The notes under the pieces were generated by a model, which made no database searches, was not told where the DNA came from, and was given only the letters and a program-made list of their open reading frames with translations. A stretch of DNA of 32,000 nucleotides from Flavobacteriaceae bacterium (GTDB taxonomy: Bacteria; Bacteroidota; Bacteroidia; Flavobacteriales; Flavobacteriaceae), in the NCBI GenBank assembly GCA_965224465.1, contig OZ245049.1, positions 300,001 to 332,000 of the forward strand. The letters are read 5' to 3'. Both the position numbers and the translations under genes were made by a program. Shown here piece by piece: positions 16,522-24,637 of the stretch (positions within the stretch are counted from its first letter, which is position 1; every line of letters starts with the position of its first letter).

Positions 16522-16529
16522 TATCTTTG
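16522..16529 (+). promoter_or_regulatory. Candidate Bacteroidota -7 promoter box
   Basis: TATCTTTG matches TAnnTTTG, about 50 nt upstream of the 16581 ATG. Confidence 0.3.
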
Positions 16530-16580
16530 CCCAAAAACAGTAAGAATAATACGCAATAAACAGTCATTTTATTAATTCCT

Positions 16581-17192
16581 ATGCCTTTTAAAAAATTAAA
16601 TTCCGAAATTAAAGAGATGCTAGCGCATCTAGAAATAACAACACCAACTCCTTTTCAGAAAAAATGCATTCCTATCATAAAAAGTGGTGCCAATTTGTTT
16701 TGTACAGGAGCAGCAAAAAGCGGAAAAACTACGACGCTTGTTTTAACAACTTTACATGCATTAAAATTTGAAGAGGCTGGTACAACACCTAGAGCAGTAG
16801 TACTTGTAGAAAACAAAGAACGTGCAGCGGAAATGTATGATGCTTTTTTTACCTATACTAGATACAAAGATATACGTGTATATTTGGCGGACGAAAAGCT
16901 ACATATGGATATGTTAAAGTCAGAGATATTCGAAGGCATAGACATTCTTATTGCAACTCCCAAAACACTGAATAGGATACTTCTAGCTGCAGGCTTAAAT
17001 CCAAATCAAATTAAAATGTTTAGTATAGATGATGCCGAGTTTTTATCTCAAAAAACGGCGAACAATGATTTGATGGCGATTACGGAAAGTGTTAATAAAT
17101 GCCAGTTTGTAATGTATTCCGATAAAATGTATCCACATTTAAAACGTTTTCAGACCTATTTTATGCAACATTCCAAAATAGTTAAAAATTAA
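16581..17192 (+). CDS. Single-domain DEAD-box-like protein (RecA-like domain 1 only, degenerate motifs)
   Basis: 203 aa. Q-motif-like TPTPFQ. Walker A-like GAAKSGKTT. ATPKTL in place of TPGR. IDDAEF in place of DEAD. No helicase C-terminal domain before the stop. Confidence 0.7.
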   Translation: MPFKKLNSEIKEMLAHLEITTPTPFQKKCIPIIKSGANLFCTGAAKSGKTTTLVLTTLHALKFEEAGTTPRAVVLVENKERAAEMYDAFFTYTRYKDIRVYLADEKLHMDMLKSEIFEGIDILIATPKTLNRILLAAGLNPNQIKMFSIDDAEFLSQKTANNDLMAITESVNKCQFVMYSDKMYPHLKRFQTYFMQHSKIVKN

Positions 17193-17252
17193 GATACGGA
17201 CTGATTTTTAATTTTATAGCACTATTAATTCCCTTTCAAATACTAAGACCTG

Positions 17253-17894
17253 ATGATACCTAAACTACATTATATATCTCAAGGAAACTCTCCAAAAGAG
17301 CATCTTGAAAATATTCAAAACGCGTGCTCATCGGGTGCTGAATTAGTGCATTTACATTTAAAAAATATTTCAGAAAAAAAGCATTTAAAATTAGCCATAG
17401 CAGCGAAGGACATCACCGCTCAATATCAAACCAGGTTAATTATAAACAATGATTACAAAATAGCAAAAAAGATAAAAGCAGATGGTGTATATCTTGGAAT
17501 AACAGGGGACTGCCCTACTGTAGCGAGAAAGCATTTATACGATTGGCAAATTATTGGAGGTACTGCGAACACTTTAAAAGACTGTGAATTGTTAATCGCT
17601 AAAGAGGTTGATTATATTGTTTTAGGCCCTTTTGAGTCAGCAGAAATCAAAGATAAGAAAACTACAGTTGTAGGATTAAAAGGGTATACTGTAATTACAG
17701 AATCTTTAAAAACCAAAACACCTATTATTGGTGTTGGAGAGATAAAGACAGCGGATGTAAAAGACCTATTAAAAACAGGCGTTTCGGGAATAGCTGTCTC
17801 AAAAGAAATTACACAAGATTTTAATACCATCATTACATTTAATCGTCTACTAAATGCATCTTCCACTGCAGAGCAACGCTATACAGTGGAATAA
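17253..17894 (+). CDS. thiE: Thiamine-phosphate synthase (ThiE-like, TMP-TENI family)
   Basis: 213 aa. KADGVYLG and GGTANT...VDYIVLGPF...PIIGVGEI pattern typical of ThiE/TenI barrels. Confidence 0.7.
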   Translation: MIPKLHYISQGNSPKEHLENIQNACSSGAELVHLHLKNISEKKHLKLAIAAKDITAQYQTRLIINNDYKIAKKIKADGVYLGITGDCPTVARKHLYDWQIIGGTANTLKDCELLIAKEVDYIVLGPFESAEIKDKKTTVVGLKGYTVITESLKTKTPIIGVGEIKTADVKDLLKTGVSGIAVSKEITQDFNTIITFNRLLNASSTAEQRYTVE

Positions 17895-17900
17895 AAGACA

Positions 17901-17935
17901 AGCGGGATTGCTTTTAAATCCTGTTTTCTTTTTAA
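17901..17935 (+). terminator. Rho-independent terminator candidate
   Basis: AGCGGGATT / AATCCTGTT stem (includes G-U pairs) with a 7-nt loop, then TTCTTTTT, 7 nt after the stop. Confidence 0.5.
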
Positions 17936-18012
17936 GAAATCACAGTAATTAGAATAGCATATGTATTCAGAAATAACACTCTTTTTTAATTTATATAGGA
18001 GAAAAATTCAGG

Positions 18013-18102
18013 GATAGCCTTCGCTATCTTTCTGTTTTTTAACAAGGCTAGAACGTAAAATAATTCCATTTCTAAACCGTCACTTAAAAATATAGTTGGT
18101 AT
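18013..18102 (+). repeat. MITE-like element R1, copy F (rearranged: inverted internal segment joined to a normal right end)
   Basis: GATAGCCTTCGCTATCTTTCTGTTTTTTAACAAGGCTAGAACGTAAAA is the reverse orientation of the internal R1 segment. It is followed by TAATTCCATTTCTAAACCGTCACTTAAAAATATAGTTGGTAT. Confidence 0.6.
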
Positions 18103-18217
18103 TAGTAACAACAGTAAATAAAAAATGGATATTTCCTCAAGCTCGGTCTCGAAACTAAAGACAACCTTTCGGTAACGCCCCCTATTGCCTTTAAATATAA
18201 GATATTGAGTCAATAAC

Positions 18218-18310
18218 CTCGGAGCAAGCCCACGAGGCATGAAAAAGAAAAAAACCTTAATCATTTCGATGCAAGCATCGGGGAATTAAACCCACTAGTG
18301 GGTTTAAAAT
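18218..18310 (+). repeat. Intergenic multi-hairpin repeat R3, copy 2
   Basis: Differs from copy 1 by two substitutions and two 1-nt indels over the first ~75 nt. Ends in the perfect hairpin AAACCCAC-TA-GTGGGTTT (18288-18305). Confidence 0.7.
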
Positions 18311-18332
18311 AAAAAAAGCCGCAAAATGCGAC
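18311..18332 (-). terminator. Rho-independent terminator candidate for the TlpA-like gene
   Basis: On the minus strand GUCGCA-UUU-UGCGGC (one G-U pair) is followed by UUUUUUU, 25 nt after the stop at 18357. Confidence 0.55.
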
Positions 18333-18356
18333 TTTTTTTATAAGTATTGTTTAAGA

Positions 18357-18854
18357 TTAACGAATATCAAATAAACTTTGTGACAACGTATTGATCGTAA
18401 TTGTATTAAAAACCTGAATATTTCCTTTGGTGTCCAATACTAAATATCTTGGAATCCAATTGAGTTCTGCAGAGAGTCCGATGGCAGATTTAAACCCTCC
18501 AGGGACAAAATAATGTACATCTCCAGGGATTTGTAATTTAGCAACGGATTTCTTCCAAGCATCTTTATTTCTGTCCATTGATAAGGTAATAAATACAAAA
18601 TCGTTATGGTCAATATTATAATCAAATTCTTTCACTGATGGCAATGCTTTGACGCAATCAGCACACCAACTTGCCCAAAAATCAAGTATGATAGTTTTAC
18701 CTTTATATTTGGCTATTACATCCTTAAATGCAATAGAGTCACCATCTAAAGTTGTTATTTGTTGATTTAAAGCTTCGTTGGAAAAATTAGTTTTATCTAC
18801 GGGTTTCCCGTTGATAAAAAGTAGCATGATAGCCACGTAAAATAATGATTTCAT
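18357..18854 (-). CDS. TlpA-family thiol:disulfide oxidoreductase (exported thioredoxin-like)
   Basis: 165 aa with a hydrophobic N-terminus. WASWCADC active site. Confidence 0.85.
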   Translation of the reverse strand: MKSLFYVAIMLLFINGKPVDKTNFSNEALNQQITTLDGDSIAFKDVIAKYKGKTIILDFWASWCADCVKALPSVKEFDYNIDHNDFVFITLSMDRNKDAWKKSVAKLQIPGDVHYFVPGGFKSAIGLSAELNWIPRYLVLDTKGNIQVFNTITINTLSQSLFDIR

Positions 18855-18942
18855 GGGTTGTTTGATTTTGAGTCAAATATAATGTTTTTTTTCGAAATGT
18901 ACATAACGATACATTTTGTTAAAAACAGCTACCTTAGCAAGA

Positions 18943-19764
18943 ATGGATTCATCTAGTAAAAAAATACAATTACAATACCAAGGTTTCTTTAATACTCCTT
19001 TATTGTGGAAACAACATCGCGTATCTAATTTAGAACAACTTGAACTTCCTTTGATTCCTTGTCATCAACTTACAGACATCCCATACCCGAACAATAGACT
19101 AGGGAAACGTGTTGAACAATTTGTAATTGCTAGCTTAAAACAATACAAAGACATCCGTATTATTGCTCAAAATTTACAGATACAAAATCAAAAAATCACG
19201 GTTGGAGAACTCGATTGTATTTTGTGTATAAAAAGCCAAACCATCCACTTAGAAATTGTGTACAAATTCTATTTGTATGATGCAACTGTTGGTACTACAG
19301 AACTGGAACATTGGATAGGTCCCAATAGAAATGATAATTTACTTAAAAAGCTCTCTAAATTAAAGAATAAGCAATTGCCACTATTATTTAATAAATATGC
19401 AGAAGGGCACTTAAATTACCTAGGTTTAAAACCAGAAATGCTAATGCAAAGGGTATGCTTTAAAGCGCAGTTATTTGTTCCTTATAATTCGAACATACAT
19501 TTTGATTTACTCAATAAAGACTGTCTACAAGGTTTTTATGTTCATTTTTTAGATGTAGCACAATTTTCTGGTTGTAAATTTTATATCCCCGAAAAAATGG
19601 ATTGGTTACTCAGTGTGAATACGCAAGTAGATTGGTTATCGTATGGTGATTTTTGTGAAAAAGTACTTGGGAAGTCTCAAGAAAAAAGAGCGGCACTTTA
19701 CTGGATTAAATTCCCCAATGGAAACATGCAAAAGTTTTTTGTAGTGTATTGGAAATCCGTATAA
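18943..19764 (+). CDS. DUF1853-like protein (PD-(D/E)XK nuclease-fold candidate)
   Basis: LGKRVEQFV ... GELDCIL ... HLEIVYKFYL gives a D...E-x-K arrangement as in DUF1853/PD-(D/E)XK proteins. The track start at 18916 is TTG; the first ATG is at 18943. Confidence 0.6.
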   Translation: MDSSSKKIQLQYQGFFNTPLLWKQHRVSNLEQLELPLIPCHQLTDIPYPNNRLGKRVEQFVIASLKQYKDIRIIAQNLQIQNQKITVGELDCILCIKSQTIHLEIVYKFYLYDATVGTTELEHWIGPNRNDNLLKKLSKLKNKQLPLLFNKYAEGHLNYLGLKPEMLMQRVCFKAQLFVPYNSNIHFDLLNKDCLQGFYVHFLDVAQFSGCKFYIPEKMDWLLSVNTQVDWLSYGDFCEKVLGKSQEKRAALYWIKFPNGNMQKFFVVYWKSV

Positions 19765-20086
19765 AGTTCCCCCAGCAAATACGATTACTTCTTAGGGAGA
19801 TAATCATGTAGATTGTTGAGACACAAATATTCAATTAGAAGTATCGTTAACTTTTATTTTTTATCCTAAAAAAGGTTACTTTTGTAAGACCAACTATAGT
19901 TTCAAATAACTGTTTATACATCGATATCCAATATAGTGAAGTAGGTGCTTTTTTTTGTTTAACTTGAGCGTAGATTGTTTGGCTAACCTAGTTGTCGTTC
20001 TATTTTAAAATTAAAACAAGCAAAATACTTGATTTTGCATCGGTTGTTTGCAATTGTATTTTCATCATAAATACATTAGAAAAAAA

Positions 20087-20818
20087 ATGCCATTTACATT
20101 CTCTCATCCTGCAATTGTGTTACCATTGGCTTATTTACCTAAAAAGTGGGTTTCATTTACAGGACTTATTATTGGAAGTATAACTCCCGATTTTGAGTAT
20201 TTCATACGAATGAAAATTAAAAGTGATTATAGTCACACAATAGAAGGTGTATTTTGGTTTGATTTACCATTGGGGATTCTACTTGCATTTATTTTTCACA
20301 TTATTGTTCGCAATCCACTCATTGAAAATCTGCCGACTATTTTACACTCAAAATGCACTAACCTAATAACATTTGATTGGAATACCTATTTTAAGAGAAA
20401 TTGGTTTACTGTTATAACCTCCCTTTTAATTGGAGTGTTTTCGCACTTGTTTTGGGATGGTTTTACCCACGAAAACGGATATTTTGTAGTGTTTTTACCT
20501 GTTTTAAGAGAAACTATAGTTTTTTTAGAAATGCAAATCCCTCTTTTTAAATTAGTACAACATTCAAGTACTCTTGTCGGTGCTCTAATACTACTATTAA
20601 CAATTTACAAACTTCCAAAAGTAGCTCCTAAGGCAAAAAAGGTTGATGTAACATATTGGAAAATAGGAATCGGACTCACTTTTTTAATCGTAATGATTAG
20701 AGGTATGAATGGTCTTTTGTTTAGTGATTATGGAAACCTACTTGTAACCGGAATATCTGCAGGAATTATAGGGTTGATATTGACACCTAAATTGATGAAA
20801 ATAGTAAATAAATTATAG
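20087..20818 (+). CDS. DUF4184-like integral membrane protein
   Basis: The MPFTFSHPAIVLPL N-terminus and HLFWDGFTHE motif are as I recall them for DUF4184. Several TM helices. The track start at 20048 is TTG; the ATG at 20087 is preferred. Confidence 0.65.
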   Translation: MPFTFSHPAIVLPLAYLPKKWVSFTGLIIGSITPDFEYFIRMKIKSDYSHTIEGVFWFDLPLGILLAFIFHIIVRNPLIENLPTILHSKCTNLITFDWNTYFKRNWFTVITSLLIGVFSHLFWDGFTHENGYFVVFLPVLRETIVFLEMQIPLFKLVQHSSTLVGALILLLTIYKLPKVAPKAKKVDVTYWKIGIGLTFLIVMIRGMNGLLFSDYGNLLVTGISAGIIGLILTPKLMKIVNKL

Positions 20819-20858
20819 GTATCTAACGGTTCAAATAAATTGGAACTGTATCATTTAA

Positions 20859-20999
20859 TTACCATCCAAAATAACCGATATAAATAGTTTGTTTTACGTT
20901 CTAGCGTTGTTAAAAAATAGACTATCCTTAGATTTTTTACCTAGCTAAAACAAAAAATAATTCCATTTCTAAACCGTCACTAGAAAATGTATTTGGTAT
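20859..20999 (+). repeat. MITE-like element R1, copy G
   Basis: TTACCATCCAAAATAACCGATATAAATAGTTTG ... AATAATTCCATTTCTAAACCGTCACTAGAAAATGTATTTGGTAT. Lies between convergent genes. Confidence 0.75.
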
Positions 21000-21057
21000 G
21001 ACTTCTATTTATTTCATACGCTAGGCTTGTCTTTTAATCCATTCCTTTTTTAAATAA

Positions 21058-21978
21058 CTATTTACGAAAACGAGAATAACGCGTACTTATTTTTCTTTTT
21101 GTATTGATAAAATAAACTCCAGTAAGTAAAACAACTGCAGCTACCATGGATTGCTGACTGACATGTTCCTTTAAAAAATACCAACCTAAAATCATTGCGA
21201 TAATGGGATTTACATAGGTAGAAGTAGCTACTTTTTCAGGGGAAACGGTTCTAAGTAAGAAGTTAAAAGCTGTGAATGCAACGATTCCTCCAAATAGTAT
21301 CAATAAAATCATAGAAATTTGAACATCATTACTCCAAGTACTTGGAAAGCTCCACGGCTCTCCTAAGGCAAGACTACCGATGCCTAACATTAATCCTCCA
21401 AAAAACATTTGATAGCCCGTATTGACAAAATAATTACTCGGTAAATCTGATTTAGCTGCTAATAAACTCCCATAAGACCAACTGATCAAACAGACAAAAA
21501 TCATAAGCATGCCTTTTACACTTTCTTTGGAACTTATCATTTCTTGTTGACCAACTAATAAATAAATACCTATAATTCCAAAAACCACACCTATAATGGA
21601 CATGAATTTAATTTTCTTTCCTTCAAAAATGCGCATCATTATTATAACAACCAATGGTTGCGCAGAAATTTCTAAGGCAGCAAACCCACTATCAACATAT
21701 TTTAAAGCCCATACCACAACACCATTTCCTAAGGTCAAAAACAAAAAACCAATAATAATGGTATTTTTTAATTGCTTTTTCGTGATTTTCAAGGAGATTC
21801 CTCTTGCTTTTGAGATTCCAAAAATTAACAAACCTGCTGTCACAAATCTAAAGGATGCCAACATAAAAGGAGGCAATTCTGTAACCGCAATTTTATTAAA
21901 TAAATACGTTGAGCCCCAGATAACATAGATAGCAAAGAAGGCGGAAATAATTAAAAATTTATTTTGAGTTTTAGGCAT
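21058..21978 (-). CDS. EamA/DMT-family transporter
   Basis: 306 aa with about 10 TM segments arranged as two EamA-like halves. Confidence 0.88.
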   Translation of the reverse strand: MPKTQNKFLIISAFFAIYVIWGSTYLFNKIAVTELPPFMLASFRFVTAGLLIFGISKARGISLKITKKQLKNTIIIGFLFLTLGNGVVVWALKYVDSGFAALEISAQPLVVIIMMRIFEGKKIKFMSIIGVVFGIIGIYLLVGQQEMISSKESVKGMLMIFVCLISWSYGSLLAAKSDLPSNYFVNTGYQMFFGGLMLGIGSLALGEPWSFPSTWSNDVQISMILLILFGGIVAFTAFNFLLRTVSPEKVATSTYVNPIIAMILGWYFLKEHVSQQSMVAAVVLLTGVYFINTKRKISTRYSRFRK

Positions 21979-22080
21979 ATTGGAACTGTTTTACGGCTAA
22001 GAATTGACAATATTAAGAAAATTAAACGGATAAAAAAAAACGATGTCGTTGACAAAAAAAAACAACACAAACATACATAT

Positions 22081-22124
22081 TTGTTAAAAACAAAGAACAT
22101 CCCAAACTAAATTAATTTGGAATG
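22081..22124 (-). terminator. Rho-independent terminator candidate for the ABC-F gene
   Basis: Minus strand CAUUCCAAA-loop-UUUGGGAUG (22098-22124, one mismatch) followed by UUCUUUGUUUUU. Confidence 0.5.
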
Positions 22125-22157
22125 CTTTATGTATTGTTAATAAAGAGATTTTAAATC

Positions 22158-23795
22158 TTATAAATCTATTTCTTTCAAATTCTTGATACTGTTTCTTTCT
22201 AAAAAAGCATCAATAGTTTCAAAATGTTCAATAACACGTTGGTCTTTAAATTCAAAAACTTTTTCAGACAATCCTCCTAAGAAATCCCTGTCATGAGATA
22301 CCAATATTAAAGTGCCATCAAAAGCCAATAATGCATCTTTAATCACTTCTTTTGATCGTAAATCTAAATGATTTGTCGGCTCATCCAATATCAATACATT
22401 CACGGGGTCGAGCAGAAGTTTAACCATCGCTAAACGAGTTCTTTCTCCTCCAGAAAGCATTTTTACTTTTTTATCTACAGCATCACCTCCAAACATAAAC
22501 TGCCCCAAAATATTCTTGATTTGGGTTCGGATATCACCTTTAGCTACAAGATCTACGGTTTGAAAAACAGTTAAATCCTCGTCTAATAATGATGCTTGGT
22601 TTTGAGCAAAATAGCCCACTTTAGCATTGTGCCCTAAACCACACTCCCCTTCAAAGTCAATTTGCCCCATAATTGCTTTGATCATGGTTGATTTTCCTTC
22701 TCCGTTTCTTCCTACAAAAGAAACCTTCTCCCCTCTTGCTATAGAGAAACTAGCGTCTTTAAAAATGGTCAAATCACCATATTTTTTTGACATTCCTTCT
22801 ACCTTAACAGGATAATCTCCTGATCTAGGTGATGGTGGAAATCGCAATTTAAGTGAACTTGTGTCAACCTCGTCAATCTCAATAGGTGTCAGTTTTTCAA
22901 GCATTCGCTCTCGTGACGCCACTTGATTGGATTTAGAAAACGTGCCTTTAAAACGATCAATAAATGCTTGGTTATCGGTAATTATTTTTTGTTGTTCTTG
23001 GTAGGCTTTAATTTGATGTGATCTCCGCTCCTTTCTCAATTCCAAATAATGTGAATACTTTGCTTTGTAATCGTGAATTGTTCCCATCGTTACTTCTATA
23101 GTACGGTTGGTAATATTATCAATAAACGCCTTGTCATGAGAAATTACAACGACGGCTTTTGCTTTGTTTAGTAAAAAATCTTCTAACCAAATTACAGATT
23201 CAATATCTACGTGATTGGTAGGCTCATCTAGTAGAATTAAGTCTGGTTTTTGCAATAAAATTTTCGCCAATTCTATACGCATACGCCATCCTCCACTAAA
23301 CTCAGAAGTTGGCCTGTTAAAATCAATAGATTTAAAGCCCAGTCCCTTGAGTGCTTTTTCAACTTCTCCTTCGTAATTTATTTCTTCAACAGCATAGAAT
23401 TTTTCACCTAAATCTGAAACCCTTTCTATGATTTTCATATAATCGTCCGATTCATAATCGGTACGTGTTTCTAATTGCTTGTTCAAATCATCCATTTCAT
23501 CACGCATGGCAAAAATACTGGCAAAAGCCTTCGATGCTTCCTCTATCACGGTACAATCATCATCCATCAATAAATGCTGGGGTAAATATGCTATCACAGT
23601 ATCCTTAGGATGTCTTACGCCTCCTTTGGAAGGTTTAGAAATCCCTGCCATGATTTTCATCATCGTAGATTTTCCTGCACCATTCTTCCCCATTAAGGCT
23701 ATTTTATCATTCTCATTAATTACAAAAGAAACATCTTTAAACAATGTATGCCCACTAAATTCTACGCCCAATTGGTCTACTGAAATCATATTCAA
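22158..23795 (-). CDS. ABC-F family ATPase (two ABC domains, no TM domain)
   Basis: 545 aa. Walker A GKNGAGKST and GRNGEGKST. Signatures FSGGWRMR and LSGGERTR. Walker B LLLDEPTNH and LILDEPTNH. The start may be the third codon (MISVDQL, 23789). Confidence 0.92.
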   Translation of the reverse strand: MNMISVDQLGVEFSGHTLFKDVSFVINENDKIALMGKNGAGKSTMMKIMAGISKPSKGGVRHPKDTVIAYLPQHLLMDDDCTVIEEASKAFASIFAMRDEMDDLNKQLETRTDYESDDYMKIIERVSDLGEKFYAVEEINYEGEVEKALKGLGFKSIDFNRPTSEFSGGWRMRIELAKILLQKPDLILLDEPTNHVDIESVIWLEDFLLNKAKAVVVISHDKAFIDNITNRTIEVTMGTIHDYKAKYSHYLELRKERRSHQIKAYQEQQKIITDNQAFIDRFKGTFSKSNQVASRERMLEKLTPIEIDEVDTSSLKLRFPPSPRSGDYPVKVEGMSKKYGDLTIFKDASFSIARGEKVSFVGRNGEGKSTMIKAIMGQIDFEGECGLGHNAKVGYFAQNQASLLDEDLTVFQTVDLVAKGDIRTQIKNILGQFMFGGDAVDKKVKMLSGGERTRLAMVKLLLDPVNVLILDEPTNHLDLRSKEVIKDALLAFDGTLILVSHDRDFLGGLSEKVFEFKDQRVIEHFETIDAFLERNSIKNLKEIDL

Positions 23796-23826
23796 CTATT
23801 TTGAGCGCGAAAATAAGAAAATTATG

Positions 23827-23889
23827 GGAATTATGAAATAGGGATTACGAATTACGAGATAGGAATTAAGAATTAGGAATGTAGAATGT
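23827..23889. repeat. Nine tandem degenerate heptamers (NGAATTA) upstream of the ABC-F start
   Basis: GGAATTA TGAAATA GGGATTA CGAATTA CGAGATA GGAATTA AGAATTA GGAATGT AGAATGT in exact 7-nt register. Two more units (TGAATTA CGAATTA) lie at 23944-23957. Confidence 0.7.
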
Positions 23890-24127
23890 CCTTTTTGAAA
23901 TTAATAGGACCATCTTTAGTACGCGCCTTTCTTCTAATAAAAATGAATTACGAATTATTTAACACATTGGATGCTGTAACTACATGGCTTATTTAGCTGA
24001 AAATTAAACCAACAGCATTAAGAAATAAAAAGCTCATTTAATACAAATTTGATTTTTATGCATTCTCTAAAACCTAAAAAACAACGTCCTTTTTACTTCA
24101 ATTGATATATCAGTTGTGTTTTTTAAA

Positions 24128-24325
24128 TTATCTCCTACAGTTTACTACATCTTTTATCCATTTATCTAGTATTTCATCACTGGCATCACAATCTGGTTTT
24201 AAAACCACTTTAATTCCTTTGTAACCCACGCTGTCTTCAAATGATTTACCAAACAATCTGTTTGGATCTAAGTCCTCTTCCAATGCTGTTTCCACGCCTC
24301 TAAAGGTGATAACAATTCCGGGCAA
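24128..24325 (-). pseudogene. Orphan 65-codon ORF without any ATG, possible C-terminal gene remnant
   Basis: The only start is TTG and there is no internal Met. An in-frame stop lies five codons upstream. R1 copy H lies 57 nt upstream. No family recognised. Confidence 0.25.
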
Positions 24326-24381
24326 TACAAATATGTGTCATTACGTTAAAACAGCCTGCATAGGTAGCTAAAATATATCTT

Positions 24382-24487
24382 ATACAATTACAATTCAAAA
24401 TGACCTATATAATAGTTTATTTTTCGTGCTGGCGTTGTTGAAAAATAATTCCATTTCTAAACCGGCACTTGGAAATATATTTAATAC
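24382..24487 (+). repeat. MITE-like element R1, copy H (short, degenerate right tip)
   Basis: ATACAATTACAATTCAAAATGACC ... AATAATTCCATTTCTAAACCGGCACTTGGAAATATATTTAATAC. Confidence 0.7.
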
Positions 24488-24593
24488 ACAAAATCGCCCT
24501 ATCAGAAGATAAGACGATTTTAGATAATCAAGAATAGTGACACAAGGCTACGAGATTTACTTACGAAAGACTATTTTTTATTTCGCGCCTGCG

Positions 24594-24630
24594 CCTCGTG
24601 AAATTAACCCCTTAACGAGGGATTAAAAAC
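24594..24630 (+). repeat. Partial R3-like repeat (3' module only)
   Basis: CCTCGTGAAATTAACCCCTTAACGAGGGATTAAAAAC. Compare GGAAATTAAACCCATTTGGGGGATTAAAAAC in R3 copy 1. Confidence 0.45.
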
Positions 24631-24637
24631 TGTTCCA

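Noticed and set aside
17193-17252. TPP riboswitch upstream of the ThiE-like gene (also checked 16302-16580)
   Set aside because: No CUGAGA / ACCUGAUCUGGAUAAUGCCAGCG-like core elements are visible, and the gap before the ThiE-like gene is only 60 nt.
17986-18264. 92-codon minus-strand ORF spanning the repeat cluster
   Set aside because: It is composed entirely of R1/R3 repeat sequence. The corresponding frame in R3 copy 1 stops after 19 codons, and indels between the copies shift the frame. It is therefore a by-product of the repeats, not a gene.
19992-20183. 63-aa ORF and the TTG-extended start (20048) overlapping the DUF4184-like gene
   Set aside because: The conserved family N-terminus MPFTFSHP begins at the ATG at 20087. 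The upstream extension and the overlapping frame have no support.
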